From Propionibacterium ruminifibrarum (GTDB lineage: Bacteria > Actinomycetota > Actinomycetes > Propionibacteriales > Propionibacteriaceae): 32,000 bases of DNA. A program made the position numbers and the translations under genes. Under the pieces are notes generated by a model. That model was given only the letters and a program-made list of their open reading frames with translations. It was not told the origin of the DNA and ran no database searches. The DNA is taken from contig NZ_OMOH01000010.1 of the NCBI RefSeq assembly GCF_900289195.1, forward strand, positions 30,001 through 62,000, given 5' to 3'. Position 1 is the first letter of the stretch, and each line of letters starts with the position of its first letter. This document shows positions 16,045 through 25,440 of the stretch, in pieces.

Positions 16045-16920
16045 TCACATGCGTGCCTGGGAGGCGATCACCTGGGCCTGCTGCACCTGCTGGGCCCAGG
16101 CGTAGACCTGCGACTGGCTGCTGACCGGCACCGTCAGATAGTAGGCGCCCTCACCACCGGTCACCGAGACGATGACCTGGCCGGTGGTCTGCTCCTCCTG
16201 GATGATGAGCAGCAGCAGCGAGAGCAGGAAGAACCAGCACAGGACGATGGCGACGACGATCGCCCACGTCGGCGTCCGCTTCGTGGTCTGGGACATGTCC
16301 TGGAAGGTGAACTGGGCCATCGACAGCGGGATCGTGCCGGTGGGCGTGATCACCTGGTCACCGCGGATGAGGATCGGGCCGAGATCGTAGTAGGGGCCCG
16401 AGGCCGCCGGCGTCGGCACGGCGGGCAGGTTCTGCGGCTGGGCCGCGTAACCCGGCTGGCCGTACGGGTAGCCCTGGGCCGTCTGGAAATCCGTCGAGAC
16501 GGCCTGCTGCGGCTGCCAGTAGTTCCCCTGCGGCGCCGACGGCGCACTGTACGGGCCGGCCGCCGGCTGCGGAGCCGAGGGTGCGCTGTATGGCATCGAC
16601 GGCTGCTGCCCGGGCTGGGTGGGGGTCACATAGTTGCTCGCGCCGGGGAAGGGCTGGGCCGTCCGGGGCTGCGCCGGCGGCTCCGCGTACCCGGCGCCGG
16701 GGGCCTGACGGGCCGGGGGAACCGGGGGGACGCTCGGGGCGTGGTCACCGGATGGGTCCTGGCGGGGGGCGAGGATGGTGGCGGGCATCTCGTTCTCGTC
16801 CACCGGTGGCCGGGCGCCCTGCGATGATGGGTCCTGCCCGCCCTGGGAGAAGACGGACTCCTGGGGCTGTCCGGGCCTCTGAGGGTCCGTGGAGTCGATG
16901 AAGTCGGGGCGCTCAGTCAT
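16045..16920 (-). CDS. Hypothetical Pro/Gln-rich membrane protein: disordered N-terminal ~218 aa, one TM, ~51-aa C-terminal domain
   Basis: ATG start and high third-position G+C. Low-complexity P/Q/A/G/S N-terminus with a tandem PYSAPSAPQ repeat. Hydrophobic [22 protein letters not shown] (nt 16201-16266) is preceded by KR. No family recognised. Confidence 0.65.
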   Translation of the reverse strand: MTERPDFIDSTDPQRPGQPQESVFSQGGQDPSSQGARPPVDENEMPATILAPRQDPSGDHAPSVPPVPPARQAPGAGYAEPPAQPRTAQPFPGASNYVTPTQPGQQPSMPYSAPSAPQPAAGPYSAPSAPQGNYWQPQQAVSTDFQTAQGYPYGQPGYAAQPQNLPAVPTPAASGPYYDLGPILIRGDQVITPTGTIPLSMAQFTFQDMSQTTKRTPTWAIVVAIVLCWFFLLSLLLLIIQEEQTTGQVIVSVTGGEGAYYLTVPVSSQSQVYAWAQQVQQAQVIASQARM

Positions 16921-16980
16921 GAACCGATCCTCTCACGGACGATCAATTCCCGGGCCGGACCCACCATGCGGACACCCTGC

Positions 16981-18093
16981 TCAGGGCCGGTGGGGCACGC
17001 CGCGCAGCATGATGAGCTCGGGGTCGGCGCACACGCCCACGTCGGTGCGCGGATCGGCGCCGAGGACGACGAGATCGGCGCTGGCCCCGTACTGGAGCCC
17101 GGAGCGACCCAACCAGGACCGGGCGCGCCAGCTGGCCGCCCCGACGGCGAACTCGGCGGGGCCGATGGTGGCCAGCGCCGCTATCTCGTCGCTGATGCGT
17201 CCGTGCCTGATGGTGCCGCCCGCGTCGGTGCCCGCATAGATCGGCACCCCGGCCTCGCGGGCAGTAGCGAGCACCTGACGGTGGCGGGCGCCGAGCGCAC
17301 GCATGTGGGCGGCGTAGACGGGGTACTTCACCTGCCCGGCGTCCGCGATCCGGTCGAAGGTGGCCAGGTTGATCATGGTGGGCACCAGGGCGACGCCGCG
17401 GGCGGCCATCTGGTCGATGACGGTCTCGCTCATGCCGGTGCCGTGCTCGATGCCGTCGATGCCCGCCTCGACGAGCTGGGCGACGGACTCCTCGGCGAAG
17501 CAGTGGGCCGTGACGCGCGCACCGAGCTGGTGGGCGCGGGCGATGGCCGCGGCCGCCTCGTCCGGGCTCCACAGGGGCGCGAGGTCGCCGAGGGAACGAT
17601 CGATCCAGTCGCCGACGATCTTCACCCAGCCGTCCCCGGCCCGCGCCTGGCGTTCGACCTCCGCGACGAGCTCGCCGGGTTCGATCTCGGCGGCGTAGCC
17701 GGCGATGTAGCGCTTGGGGCGGGCGATGTGGCGTCCGGCGCGGATGATGCGGGGCAGCTGCGGGTCGCGGTCGAACGCGTGGGTGTCGATGGGTGAGCCG
17801 GCGTCACGGATGAGCAGGGTGCCGCCGTCCCGGTCGGTGGTGGCCTGCTCACGGGCGACGTCCAGGGTGACGGCGCCGCCGTGACCCAGGCCGATGTGGC
17901 AGTGGGCGTCGACGAAGCCGGGCATGATCCAGCCGCCGGAACCGATGGTCGTGGCACCACGCAGCGGGCCGGGGACGATCATGCCGCCGGCGACCCACAG
18001 GTCGGCGGGTTCGCCGGCGGGCAGCAGCACCCCGCGCAGGTGCCAGGGGCCGCCGGTGCCCGGCGGCGCGTCATGGCCGTGGTACTCGCTCAC
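16981..18093 (-). CDS. Amidohydrolase-family metal-dependent hydrolase
   Basis: FVDAHCHIG (HxH metal site), later H and D ligands (TAHC, GTDAG). 370 aa. GTG start lies 10 nt downstream of the ffh stop. A similar gene sits next to ffh in other actinobacteria (from memory). Confidence 0.85.
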   Translation of the reverse strand: MSEYHGHDAPPGTGGPWHLRGVLLPAGEPADLWVAGGMIVPGPLRGATTIGSGGWIMPGFVDAHCHIGLGHGGAVTLDVAREQATTDRDGGTLLIRDAGSPIDTHAFDRDPQLPRIIRAGRHIARPKRYIAGYAAEIEPGELVAEVERQARAGDGWVKIVGDWIDRSLGDLAPLWSPDEAAAAIARAHQLGARVTAHCFAEESVAQLVEAGIDGIEHGTGMSETVIDQMAARGVALVPTMINLATFDRIADAGQVKYPVYAAHMRALGARHRQVLATAREAGVPIYAGTDAGGTIRHGRISDEIAALATIGPAEFAVGAASWRARSWLGRSGLQYGASADLVVLGADPRTDVGVCADPELIMLRGVPHRP

Positions 18094-18103
18094 CGGGCGT
18101 CCC

Positions 18104-19669
18104 TCACTCGTCGAACATGCCCCGCAGGTTCTCGGGCAGTTCGAAGCCGCCGGCTGCCGCGTCGGGCAGCTGCGGACCGGCCTTGGCGAAGGGGTTCTGC
18201 GCTCCCCCGGCCAGCTGCGTGGGCACCTGCCGGCCGGTGCCCTTCTTCTTGCCCTTGTTCTTCTTGCCCTTCTTCTTGGCGGAACGGTCCATGGCCAGCG
18301 CCGACCGTTCGACCTTGGGCGGGCGCGGCTTCCTGGCGCCCCCGCCGCCCATGCCCATCATCGGCCCCATCGACTGCATCATCGCGCGGGCGTCGACGAA
18401 GCGGTTGACCAGCGAGTTGACGTCGTGCACCTGGACCCCGGCGCCCTTGGCGATACGGGCGCGGCGCGATCCGTTGAGGATGCTCACGTCGGCGCGCTCG
18501 GCCGGGGTCATCGACAAGATGATGGCCTCGAGCCGGTCGACCTCGCGTTCGTCGAGATTGTCCAGGGCGGCCTTCATCTGGCCGCCCATGCCCGGCAGCA
18601 TGCCGAAGATCTTGGTGAGCGGACCCATCGAGCGCAGCTGCTTGAGCTGGTCGAGGAAGTCCTGCAGCCCGAACTCGCCCCTGCCGGCGAGCAGTTTCTC
18701 GGCGCTCGCCCTGGCCTGCTCCTCGTCGAAGGCCTTCTCGGCCTGCTCGATGAGGGTGAGCATGTCGCCCATGCCGAGGATCCGGCTGGCCATCCGGTCG
18801 GGGTGGAACAGGTCGAAGTCGGTGAGCTGCTCGCCGTTGGAGGCGAACATGATCGGCTTGCCGAGCACGCGGGCGATGGACAGTGCGGCGCCGCCGCGCG
18901 CGTCGCCGTCGAGCTTGGACAGGACGACGGCGTCGATGTTCACGCCGTCCTCGAAGGCCCGCGCCGTGTTGACGGCGTCCTGGCCGATCATGGCGTCGAC
19001 GACGAACAGGGTCTCGTCGGGGTTGACGGCCGCCTTGATGTCGCGGGCCTGGGCCATCATCTCCTCGTCGATGCCCAGCCGGCCCGCGGTGTCGACGATG
19101 ACGACGTCGTAGAGCTTGCGGCGGGCCTCGTCGAGGGAGTCGCGGGCCACCTGCACGGGGTCGCCCACACCATTGCCGGGCTGAGGGGCGTAGACCGGCA
19201 CGCCCGCGCGCTCGCCGACGACCTGGAGCTGCTGGACGGCGTTCGGGCGCTGGAGGTCGGCGGCGACCAGGACCGGGGAGTGGCCCTGCTCGGAGAGCCA
19301 GTGACCGAGTTTGCCCGCCAGGGTGGTCTTGCCGGCACCCTGCAGGCCGGCGAGCATGATGACCGTCGGATGGGGCGACTTGGCGAACCGGATCGGCCGT
19401 TCCTGGCCGCCGAGAATCGAGATGAGTTCCTCGTTGACGATCTTGACGATCTGCTGGGTCGGGTTGAGGACCTTCGACAGTTCGGCGTCCTTGGCGCGGT
19501 CGCGCACGTGGGAGACGAACTCCTTGACGACGGGCAGGGCGACATCGGCCTCGAGCAGCGCGATGCGGATCTCGCGTGTCGTGGCGTCGATGTCGGCGTC
19601 CGTGAGGCGGCCCTTGCCGCGCAGCGACTTGAAGGTTGCGGCAAGGCGGTCTTGCAGGGTGTCGAACAC
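18104..19669 (-). CDS. ffh: Signal recognition particle protein Ffh
   Basis: N domain, G domain (GLQGAGKTT, DTAGR, TKLDGD) and a Met-rich M domain, plus a basic Lys-rich tail. GTG start with SD GAGGGA. Confidence 0.97.
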   Translation of the reverse strand: MFDTLQDRLAATFKSLRGKGRLTDADIDATTREIRIALLEADVALPVVKEFVSHVRDRAKDAELSKVLNPTQQIVKIVNEELISILGGQERPIRFAKSPHPTVIMLAGLQGAGKTTLAGKLGHWLSEQGHSPVLVAADLQRPNAVQQLQVVGERAGVPVYAPQPGNGVGDPVQVARDSLDEARRKLYDVVIVDTAGRLGIDEEMMAQARDIKAAVNPDETLFVVDAMIGQDAVNTARAFEDGVNIDAVVLSKLDGDARGGAALSIARVLGKPIMFASNGEQLTDFDLFHPDRMASRILGMGDMLTLIEQAEKAFDEEQARASAEKLLAGRGEFGLQDFLDQLKQLRSMGPLTKIFGMLPGMGGQMKAALDNLDEREVDRLEAIILSMTPAERADVSILNGSRRARIAKGAGVQVHDVNSLVNRFVDARAMMQSMGPMMGMGGGGARKPRPPKVERSALAMDRSAKKKGKKNKGKKKGTGRQVPTQLAGGAQNPFAKAGPQLPDAAAGGFELPENLRGMFDE

Positions 19670-19726
19670 AGGCTTTCCCTCGGTCGAAGAAGGTGTGGGG
19701 TCAACAATACGTGGGCCCCGCGAGAG

Positions 19727-20884
19727 CTACTCGCCCAGCAGGCCGTCCACGAAGCCCTCGGGGTCGAAGGGGGCCAGGTCGTCCGCGCCCTCACCCAGGC
19801 CGATGAACTTGACCGGCACGCCCAGTTCGCGCTGGACCTGGACGACGATGCCGCCCTTGGCCGAGCCGTCGAGCTTGGTCAGGACGATCCCCGTCACGTC
19901 GACGACCTCGGCGAAGATGCGGGCCTGGGCGAGGCCGTTCTGGCCGGTCGTGGCGTCGAGGACGAGCAGCACCTCGTTGACGGGGGCCTTCTTCTCGATG
20001 ACGCGCTTGACCTTGCCGAGTTCGTCCATGAGCCCGACCTTGGTGTGCAGCCGGCCGGCGGTGTCGACCAGGACGACGTCGGCTCCGGTGGCGATGCCCT
20101 CGTCGACGGCGTTGAAGGCGACCGAGGCGGGGTCGGCGCCCTCATCGCCGCGGACGGTGCGCACGCCGACACGCTCACCCCAGGTACCGAGCTGCTCGGC
20201 CGCGGCGGCGCGGAAGGTGTCGGCGGCACCGAACAGGACGCTGCGGCCCTGGGCGACGAGCATGCGGCCGAGCTTGCCGACGGTGGTGGTCTTCCCGGTG
20301 CCGTTGACGCCGACCATCATGATGACCGCGGGCCGGCCCTCGGCGTGGTCGAGGTTGAGGCCCCGGTCGAGATTCGGGTCGACGAGCCCGACGAGTTCGG
20401 TGCGCAGCAGCTGCCTGGCCCTGGCCGGTTCGCTGATGCCCTCGATCGCCAGCTCGCTGCGGAGTTTCTCGACGAGCTCCGTGGCGGGGGCGACCCCCAG
20501 GTCCGAGGTGATGAGCGTGGTCTCGAAGTCGTCCCAGACGTCCTCGTCGATGCGGTCGGCGCTCAGCAGTTCGGCGAGGGCGCGGGCCAGGTGGTTGTTG
20601 GAGCCGGCCAGCCGGCGACGCAGCCGCACCATGCGGGTGGCGGGGGCCTCGGGCACCTCGAGCGCCGGGGCGGGGGGCTCGGCCGCGGGCTCGGCGGCCT
20701 CGGCCGGCCGCTCCGGGGCGGCGGTCGGCTCGGCGGGGGTCTTGGGCGGCGCCTGGATCTGGGCGGGCTCGGCCCCGGGGGCCAGTTCGCCACGGGTCCG
20801 GCGCGCATGGACGATCCCGCCGATGACGCCGCCGACGAGCGCGCAGGCGGCGAGGACAATGATGACCCAGATGGTTGTGCTCAC
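19727..20884 (-). CDS. ftsY: SRP receptor FtsY (N-terminal TM anchor plus Ala/Pro/Glu-rich linker)
   Basis: GVNGTGKTTT, DTAGR, TKLDGS motifs. N-terminus IWVIIVLAACALVGGVIGGIV is hydrophobic. Confidence 0.95.
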   Translation of the reverse strand: MSTTIWVIIVLAACALVGGVIGGIVHARRTRGELAPGAEPAQIQAPPKTPAEPTAAPERPAEAAEPAAEPPAPALEVPEAPATRMVRLRRRLAGSNNHLARALAELLSADRIDEDVWDDFETTLITSDLGVAPATELVEKLRSELAIEGISEPARARQLLRTELVGLVDPNLDRGLNLDHAEGRPAVIMMVGVNGTGKTTTVGKLGRMLVAQGRSVLFGAADTFRAAAAEQLGTWGERVGVRTVRGDEGADPASVAFNAVDEGIATGADVVLVDTAGRLHTKVGLMDELGKVKRVIEKKAPVNEVLLVLDATTGQNGLAQARIFAEVVDVTGIVLTKLDGSAKGGIVVQVQRELGVPVKFIGLGEGADDLAPFDPEGFVDGLLGE

Positions 20885-20900
20885 GCGACGAGTCTACTGA

Positions 20901-20927
20901 CCGCAGGCCCGCCCGGGCCGGGTGCGG
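20901..20927 (-). terminator. GC hairpin between the small TM ORF stop and the ftsY start
   Basis: CCGCA/TGCGG outer stem, GGCCC-GCCC-GGGCC inner stem with a 3-nt bulge. No U-tract. Could act as a terminator, attenuator or RNA-processing site. Confidence 0.3.
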
Positions 20928-20929
20928 CG

Positions 20930-21145
20930 TCAGGGCTGGTCACGGGGAACATCGCCGTTCATCCGCACGGCGATCCGGTTCAGACGCCGGTAGAGCTTCT
21001 TGTTCTCCTCGCGACGGTAGCCCTGCATGCCCACGACGACGATCAGCCCGATGCACAGGGCGACGAGGAGGATCAGGACTGTGGCGATGACGAACAGGAA
21101 CACGGCGGGCTCCAGGACTGGTCGGAGGATCGGGCGCGTCCCCAT
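20930..21145 (-). CDS. Small hypothetical single-pass membrane protein (71 aa)
   Basis: ATG start, strongly GC-biased third positions, one clear TM (AVFLFVIATVLILLVALCIGLIVVV) followed by the basic stretch YRREENKKLYRRLNR. No obvious SD. Confidence 0.5.
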   Translation of the reverse strand: MGTRPILRPVLEPAVFLFVIATVLILLVALCIGLIVVVGMQGYRREENKKLYRRLNRIAVRMNGDVPRDQP

Positions 21146-21192
21146 TATGGCGCGCCGGCCAGGCCGCCCGGCGGCACCGGGCCGGCGGGGGT

Positions 21193-24100
21193 TCAGTCGG
21201 CCAGGCTCTGGGAGATGACGGTGGTGACACCGTCGCCGCGCATCGTCATGCCGTAGAGCGCGTCGGCCTTCTCCATCGTGCGTTTCTGGTGGGTGATGAC
21301 CAGCAGCTGGGAGTCCTTGCGCAGGCCCTCGTAGATGCCGAGCAGGCGTGACAGGTTCGTGTCGTCCAGTGCCGCCTCGACCTCGTCGAGGATGTAGAAG
21401 GGGCTGGGCCTGGCGATGAACAGGCTGAACAGGAAGGCGACGGCCACCAGTGAGCGTTCGCCGCCGGACAGCAGCGACATGCGCTTGACTTTCTTGCCGG
21501 CCGGGCGCGCCTCGATGTCGATGCCCGTGGTGAGCATGTCGTCGGGGTCGGTGAGGACGAGACGGCCCTCGCCGCCGGGGAACAGGCGCAGGAAGACCTC
21601 GCCGAAGGTGCGTTCCACGTCGGCGTAGGCCTGGGTGAAGACCTCCTGGACGCGGTCGTCGATCTCGTTGATGATGTCCTGCAGGTCCTTGCGGGTCTTC
21701 TTCAGGTCCTCGAGCTGGGTGGCGAGGAACTGGTGGCGCTCGTTGAGCGCGTCGAACTCCTCCAGCGCCAGCGGGTTGATCCTGCCCAGCTGGTCGAGGG
21801 TGCGCTGAGCCCGCCGGGCGCGCCGGGTCTGCTCCTCGCGGTCGAAGGGCACCGGGTCGGGCACCTCGTCGTCCTCGGTGAGCGCGGTGCCGTCGGGGCG
21901 GGTGAGCACCGGGACGAGTTTGTCGGGGCCGTACTCGTCCATGAGGGTCTCGGCCTCCAGACCGAGCTCGGCCATGGCCTTCTCGGTGAGCTGCTCCAGG
22001 CGCATCCGCTGCTCGATCCGGGCCATCTCGTCACGGTGGGATCCCTCGACGAGTTCGTCGAGTTCCTTGGCCCGCTCGCTCACCTCCCGGCGGGCCTGCG
22101 CCAGGGCGGTCTCGGCGGTGACGCGCTCGGCATCGGCCCGCTGGCGTTCGGCGTCGGCCGCGGCACGGGTCTCCTCGACGCGTTCGGCCAGCCACTGGGC
22201 GGCCTCGTTGACGCAGGCTGCGACGGCGGCCTCGCGTCGGGCCTTCTCGGCGCGGGCCGCGGCCTCGGCGCGACTGCGGCGCTCGCGGGCGGCGGCGCGG
22301 CTCAGGGAATCGGCCCGCCCGGCCAGGGAACGGGCTCTTTCCTCACTGGTGCGCAGCGCCAGGCGGGCGTCCATCTCGTTCTGGCGGGCGAGCCGGGCGG
22401 CCACGGCGAGTTCGTCCCGGCGAGCCGGGTCGGGGTCGGTGAGGTCCGTCTCGTCCTGGGCGCGGGCCAGGCGTTCCTCGAGTGCGGCCAGCTCGTTCTG
22501 GGCGGCCTCACGGCCGGCGCGGGTCTTCTCGATCGTCGCGGCCAGCCGTTCGGCCTCCGCGCGGGCGCCCCTGGCGTCCTGCCCGGCCTGGGAGATCTGC
22601 TCTGCGAGAGCGGCCATGGCCGCGTCGGACTCGTTGAGCCTGGCGAGCGCCTCACCGGCCGCCTGCTCGGCGTCGGCGAGCGCCTCCGAGGCGCTCGCCG
22701 CGGCGAAGCGGATCTGCTCGGCCTCGTGCTGGGCGCCGGAGAGCTCATCACGGGCCGCCTCGACGGCGGCCTGCAGTTCGATGGGGCTCTGCTGGGCGCC
22801 CGATCCCCCCGCGGCGAACCAGTTGCTCAGCAGGTCGCCCGCGCGGGTGACGGCCCGCAGCCGGGGCTGGTCCTCGATGACGGTCCTGGCCGCCGCGAGG
22901 TCCTCGACGGCCACGACATCGGACAGCAACCGGCGCAGCGAGCCGTCCACCGCGGGATCCGGGCTGACCAGTTCGTCGAGATAGCGCGCCGGCGGATCCA
23001 CGGCGGGTCGTTCCCGGCCGGTGGGCTGGGAACCGGCGACGAGCAGCGCTGCGGCGCCGAGCTCCTCCTCGCCCAGCAGGACCAAGGCCCGCTGGGCGTC
23101 GTCGAGTCCGGTGACCGCCAGCGACTCGGCCGCGGCGCCGAGGGCGGCCGCCAGCGCGGCCTCCCAGCCGGGCTCGACGCGGACAAGCTGCGCCAGCGGG
23201 CCGAGGACGCCGAGCCCGTCGCGCCCGGTGAGCGCGGCGGCGCCGTCCTTGCGTTCGAGCCCCAGTTCGAGGGCCTCGATGCGGGCGCTGAGCGTGGCGA
23301 CCTGCTGGTCCAGCCTGACCCGCTCGGTCTCGCAGCGTTCGATCCGGGCGCGGGCGGCATCGACCTCATCGGTCGCCTCCTCGTAGCGGGCGTCGAGGTC
23401 CGACTCCCCCTCGCCCAGGCCGGTGATCCGCGCCTCGAGGGCGACGTACTGGCGGTCGGCCTCGGCGGCCCGCGCGAGCGCCTCGTCCCGGCGGGTCTCC
23501 AGCCGATCGGTCTCCTCGCCGCCCGCCTCGAGCCGGGAGCGCAGCGAGGAGACCTGGCCGCCCAGCCGCGCCAGGCCCTCACGGCGGTCGGCGATGGCCC
23601 GCAACCGGGCGGCGTACTCCTTCTCCGCCTCGGCGTGCTCGCGTTCGAGGCGGGTGCGGTCGGCCCCGGCGGCCTCGAGCCGGGCCTGGGCCGTCTCGAT
23701 CTCGGCGCGCAGCCCCTCCTCCTGCTCACGGAACTCGGCGGCCTCGGCATCCAGCTCGTCGGGGTCCCTGCCGTTCGCCCCGGGATTGTCGTCGACCCGG
23801 TGCCGCATGCGTTCGGCGCTGATCGAGACGACGGTGGAGACCCGCTCACGCAGGGCCCTGGCCGCGTACCACTGCTCCTGGGCCCTGGTCAGGGCGGGCT
23901 GGGCGGCCGCCGCGTCGCTCTCCGCCCGGGCCTGGAGGCGGCGGGCGGCGTCCAGGCGTTCCTGGGCGCGGGCCTTCTGCTCCTCGCGGGTGGCGGCCGA
24001 GGCCATCTCCGACTCGAGGGCCAGTGTGGCGGCGGTCAGGTCGTCGGCCATGAGCCGGGCCCGGGCGTCACGCAGCTCGGCCTGGACGACCGCGGCCTTG

Positions 24101-24738
24101 CGGGCCACCGCGGCCTGGCGGCCGAGCGGTTTGAGCTGGCGGCGGATCTCGGAGATGAGATCCCCCAGCCGGTCGAGGTTCGCCGAGGTGGAGTTGAGCT
24201 TGCGGACGGCCTTCTCCTTGCGGCGGCGGTGCTTGAGGACCCCGGCGGCCTCCTCGACGAAGCCGCGGCGCATCTCCGGGGTGGCCTGCAGGATCTGGTC
24301 GAGCTGCCCCTGCCCGACGATGACGTGCATCTCACGGCCCATGCCCGTGTCGGACAGCAGCTCCTGCACGTCGAGCAGCCGGGCCGTCTGCCCGTTGATC
24401 GCGTACTCCGAGCCGCCCGCCCGGAACAGGGTGCGCGAGATCGTCACCTCGGTGTAGTCGATGGGCAGTGTGCCGTCGGTGTTGTCGATCGTCAGGGTGA
24501 CCTCCGCCCGGCCCAGGGGGGCGCGCCCCGCGGTGCCGGCGAAGATGACGTCGTCCATCCTGCTGCCGCGCAGGTGCTTGGCGCCCTGCTCGCCCATGAC
24601 CCATGCCAGGGCGTCGACGACATTGGACTTGCCCGAACCGTTGGGGCCGACGATGGCGGTGATGCCCGGCTCGAAGTTGAGGGTGGTTGCCGAGGCGAAG
24701 GACTTGAAACCCTTCAGCGTGAGCGATTTCAGGTACAT
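21193..24738 (-). CDS. smc: Chromosome segregation protein SMC
   Basis: MYLKSLTLKGFKSF...GPNGSGKSN Walker A, long coiled coils, hinge, C-terminal LSGGERS signature and ILDEVEAALD Walker B. Start trimmed to ATG 24738; the track ORF runs to 25044. Confidence 0.95.
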   Translation of the reverse strand: MYLKSLTLKGFKSFASATTLNFEPGITAIVGPNGSGKSNVVDALAWVMGEQGAKHLRGSRMDDVIFAGTAGRAPLGRAEVTLTIDNTDGTLPIDYTEVTISRTLFRAGGSEYAINGQTARLLDVQELLSDTGMGREMHVIVGQGQLDQILQATPEMRRGFVEEAAGVLKHRRRKEKAVRKLNSTSANLDRLGDLISEIRRQLKPLGRQAAVARKAAVVQAELRDARARLMADDLTAATLALESEMASAATREEQKARAQERLDAARRLQARAESDAAAAQPALTRAQEQWYAARALRERVSTVVSISAERMRHRVDDNPGANGRDPDELDAEAAEFREQEEGLRAEIETAQARLEAAGADRTRLEREHAEAEKEYAARLRAIADRREGLARLGGQVSSLRSRLEAGGEETDRLETRRDEALARAAEADRQYVALEARITGLGEGESDLDARYEEATDEVDAARARIERCETERVRLDQQVATLSARIEALELGLERKDGAAALTGRDGLGVLGPLAQLVRVEPGWEAALAAALGAAAESLAVTGLDDAQRALVLLGEEELGAAALLVAGSQPTGRERPAVDPPARYLDELVSPDPAVDGSLRRLLSDVVAVEDLAAARTVIEDQPRLRAVTRAGDLLSNWFAAGGSGAQQSPIELQAAVEAARDELSGAQHEAEQIRFAAASASEALADAEQAAGEALARLNESDAAMAALAEQISQAGQDARGARAEAERLAATIEKTRAGREAAQNELAALEERLARAQDETDLTDPDPARRDELAVAARLARQNEMDARLALRTSEERARSLAGRADSLSRAAARERRSRAEAAARAEKARREAAVAACVNEAAQWLAERVEETRAAADAERQRADAERVTAETALAQARREVSERAKELDELVEGSHRDEMARIEQRMRLEQLTEKAMAELGLEAETLMDEYGPDKLVPVLTRPDGTALTEDDEVPDPVPFDREEQTRRARRAQRTLDQLGRINPLALEEFDALNERHQFLATQLEDLKKTRKDLQDIINEIDDRVQEVFTQAYADVERTFGEVFLRLFPGGEGRLVLTDPDDMLTTGIDIEARPAGKKVKRMSLLSGGERSLVAVAFLFSLFIARPSPFYILDEVEAALDDTNLSRLLGIYEGLRKDSQLLVITHQKRTMEKADALYGMTMRGDGVTTVISQSLAD

Positions 24739-24805
24739 GCCGTCCCGATCCCCCGGGGAGGACGGAGCCCGACGCCGCCCATGGGGCCTCCGGCACCGGC
24801 CGCGT

Positions 24806-25429
24806 TCACGGGTGCTCCTGACGGGCCGGGTCGCCGGAGGGGGCGTCCGACGGTGCGGCGGGCTTCTTGCCGCGGAAGGTCCACAGCTTGTTGACGACGA
24901 AGTTGATCGGCATGGTGACGAGCACCGACAGGGCGTGCGCGACGTACTCGGGCGAATGGCAGGCGTCCTCGAGCTGCGCGAGGATGCTGCCGCCGTGGCG
25001 CCACGTCCAGGCGTCGAACCATTCCCCGCGCAGGGTGATGGCATTTCCCGGACTCATCATGAGGGCCTTGAGGATCATGCCGATGAGGGCCGCGACCGCG
25101 CCGATGGACAGGAACTGCCAGAAACCCTTCCACCAGCCGCGGGACGTGCCGCGAAAGGTCCAGCTGCGGTTCAGCTGGTAGTTGTAGGTGTTCGCGACGA
25201 GGAAGGCGACGACCCACACCAGCGAGCTGAACCGGAAGTTGAAGCTCGTGCCGGGGATGGGGAACAGGATCTGCGTGGCGTTGGCCGAGCCGCCGTTCAG
25301 CTTGTTCAGGACGACGGCGACGGCCATGTTGACGATGACACCCGATCCGCCGACGACGGCGAACCGGACGAACTGGCCGATCAGCCTGCCCCACCGGCCG
25401 CCACGAGCGCCCATGGTCTGCTCACTCAT
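24806..25429 (-). CDS. GtrA-family membrane protein
   Basis: RFAVVGGSGVIVN N-terminal motif, four hydrophobic segments and C-terminal NFVVNKLWTF typical of GtrA-like proteins. Start trimmed to MSEQTM (ATG 25429). Confidence 0.8.
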   Translation of the reverse strand: MSEQTMGARGGRWGRLIGQFVRFAVVGGSGVIVNMAVAVVLNKLNGGSANATQILFPIPGTSFNFRFSSLVWVVAFLVANTYNYQLNRSWTFRGTSRGWWKGFWQFLSIGAVAALIGMILKALMMSPGNAITLRGEWFDAWTWRHGGSILAQLEDACHSPEYVAHALSVLVTMPINFVVNKLWTFRGKKPAAPSDAPSGDPARQEHP

Positions 25430-25440
25430 GGTTGACCAAC

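Noticed and set aside
20600-20790. Repetitive GGCTCGGC/GGCGGC-rich DNA that resembles a tandem repeat array
   Set aside because: It lies within ftsY and encodes the Ala/Pro/Glu-rich linker between the N-terminal TM anchor and the NG domain. It is low-complexity coding sequence, not a CRISPR or VNTR array.
17894-21256. 1120-aa plus-strand ORF
   Set aside because: It lies entirely antisense to ffh, ftsY and the small TM ORF. The translation is a low-complexity Gly/Ala/Asp/Arg/Val run with no motifs. Stop codons are rare in the antisense frame of high-GC genes, so this is a compositional artefact.
24739-24768. Hairpin/palindrome (CCGTCC...GGACGG with inner TCCCCCGGGGA) covering the smc ribosome-binding region
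   Set aside because: The stems are short, the inner palindrome leaves essentially no loop, and such GC palindromes are frequent in this composition. There is no supporting evidence for regulation.
21733-24894. 1053-aa plus-strand ORF (and further 340-370-aa ORFs in the same span)
   Set aside because: They are antisense or out of frame relative to smc, whose Walker A, signature and Walker B motifs establish the real frame. The translations are Gly/Arg/Leu/Pro-rich and not protein-like.
24739-25044. N-terminal extensions of track ORFs: smc to 25044, comM to 6956, GtrA-like to 25792, lepB to 13753, rplS to 14013, rpsP to 16048, rnhB to 12689, ATPase from 9203, esterase from 10113, PPOX-family from 28775
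   Set aside because: The extensions are Arg/Pro-rich, overlap neighbouring genes and precede canonical family N-termini. The internal starts have SD sequences or stop/start overlaps.
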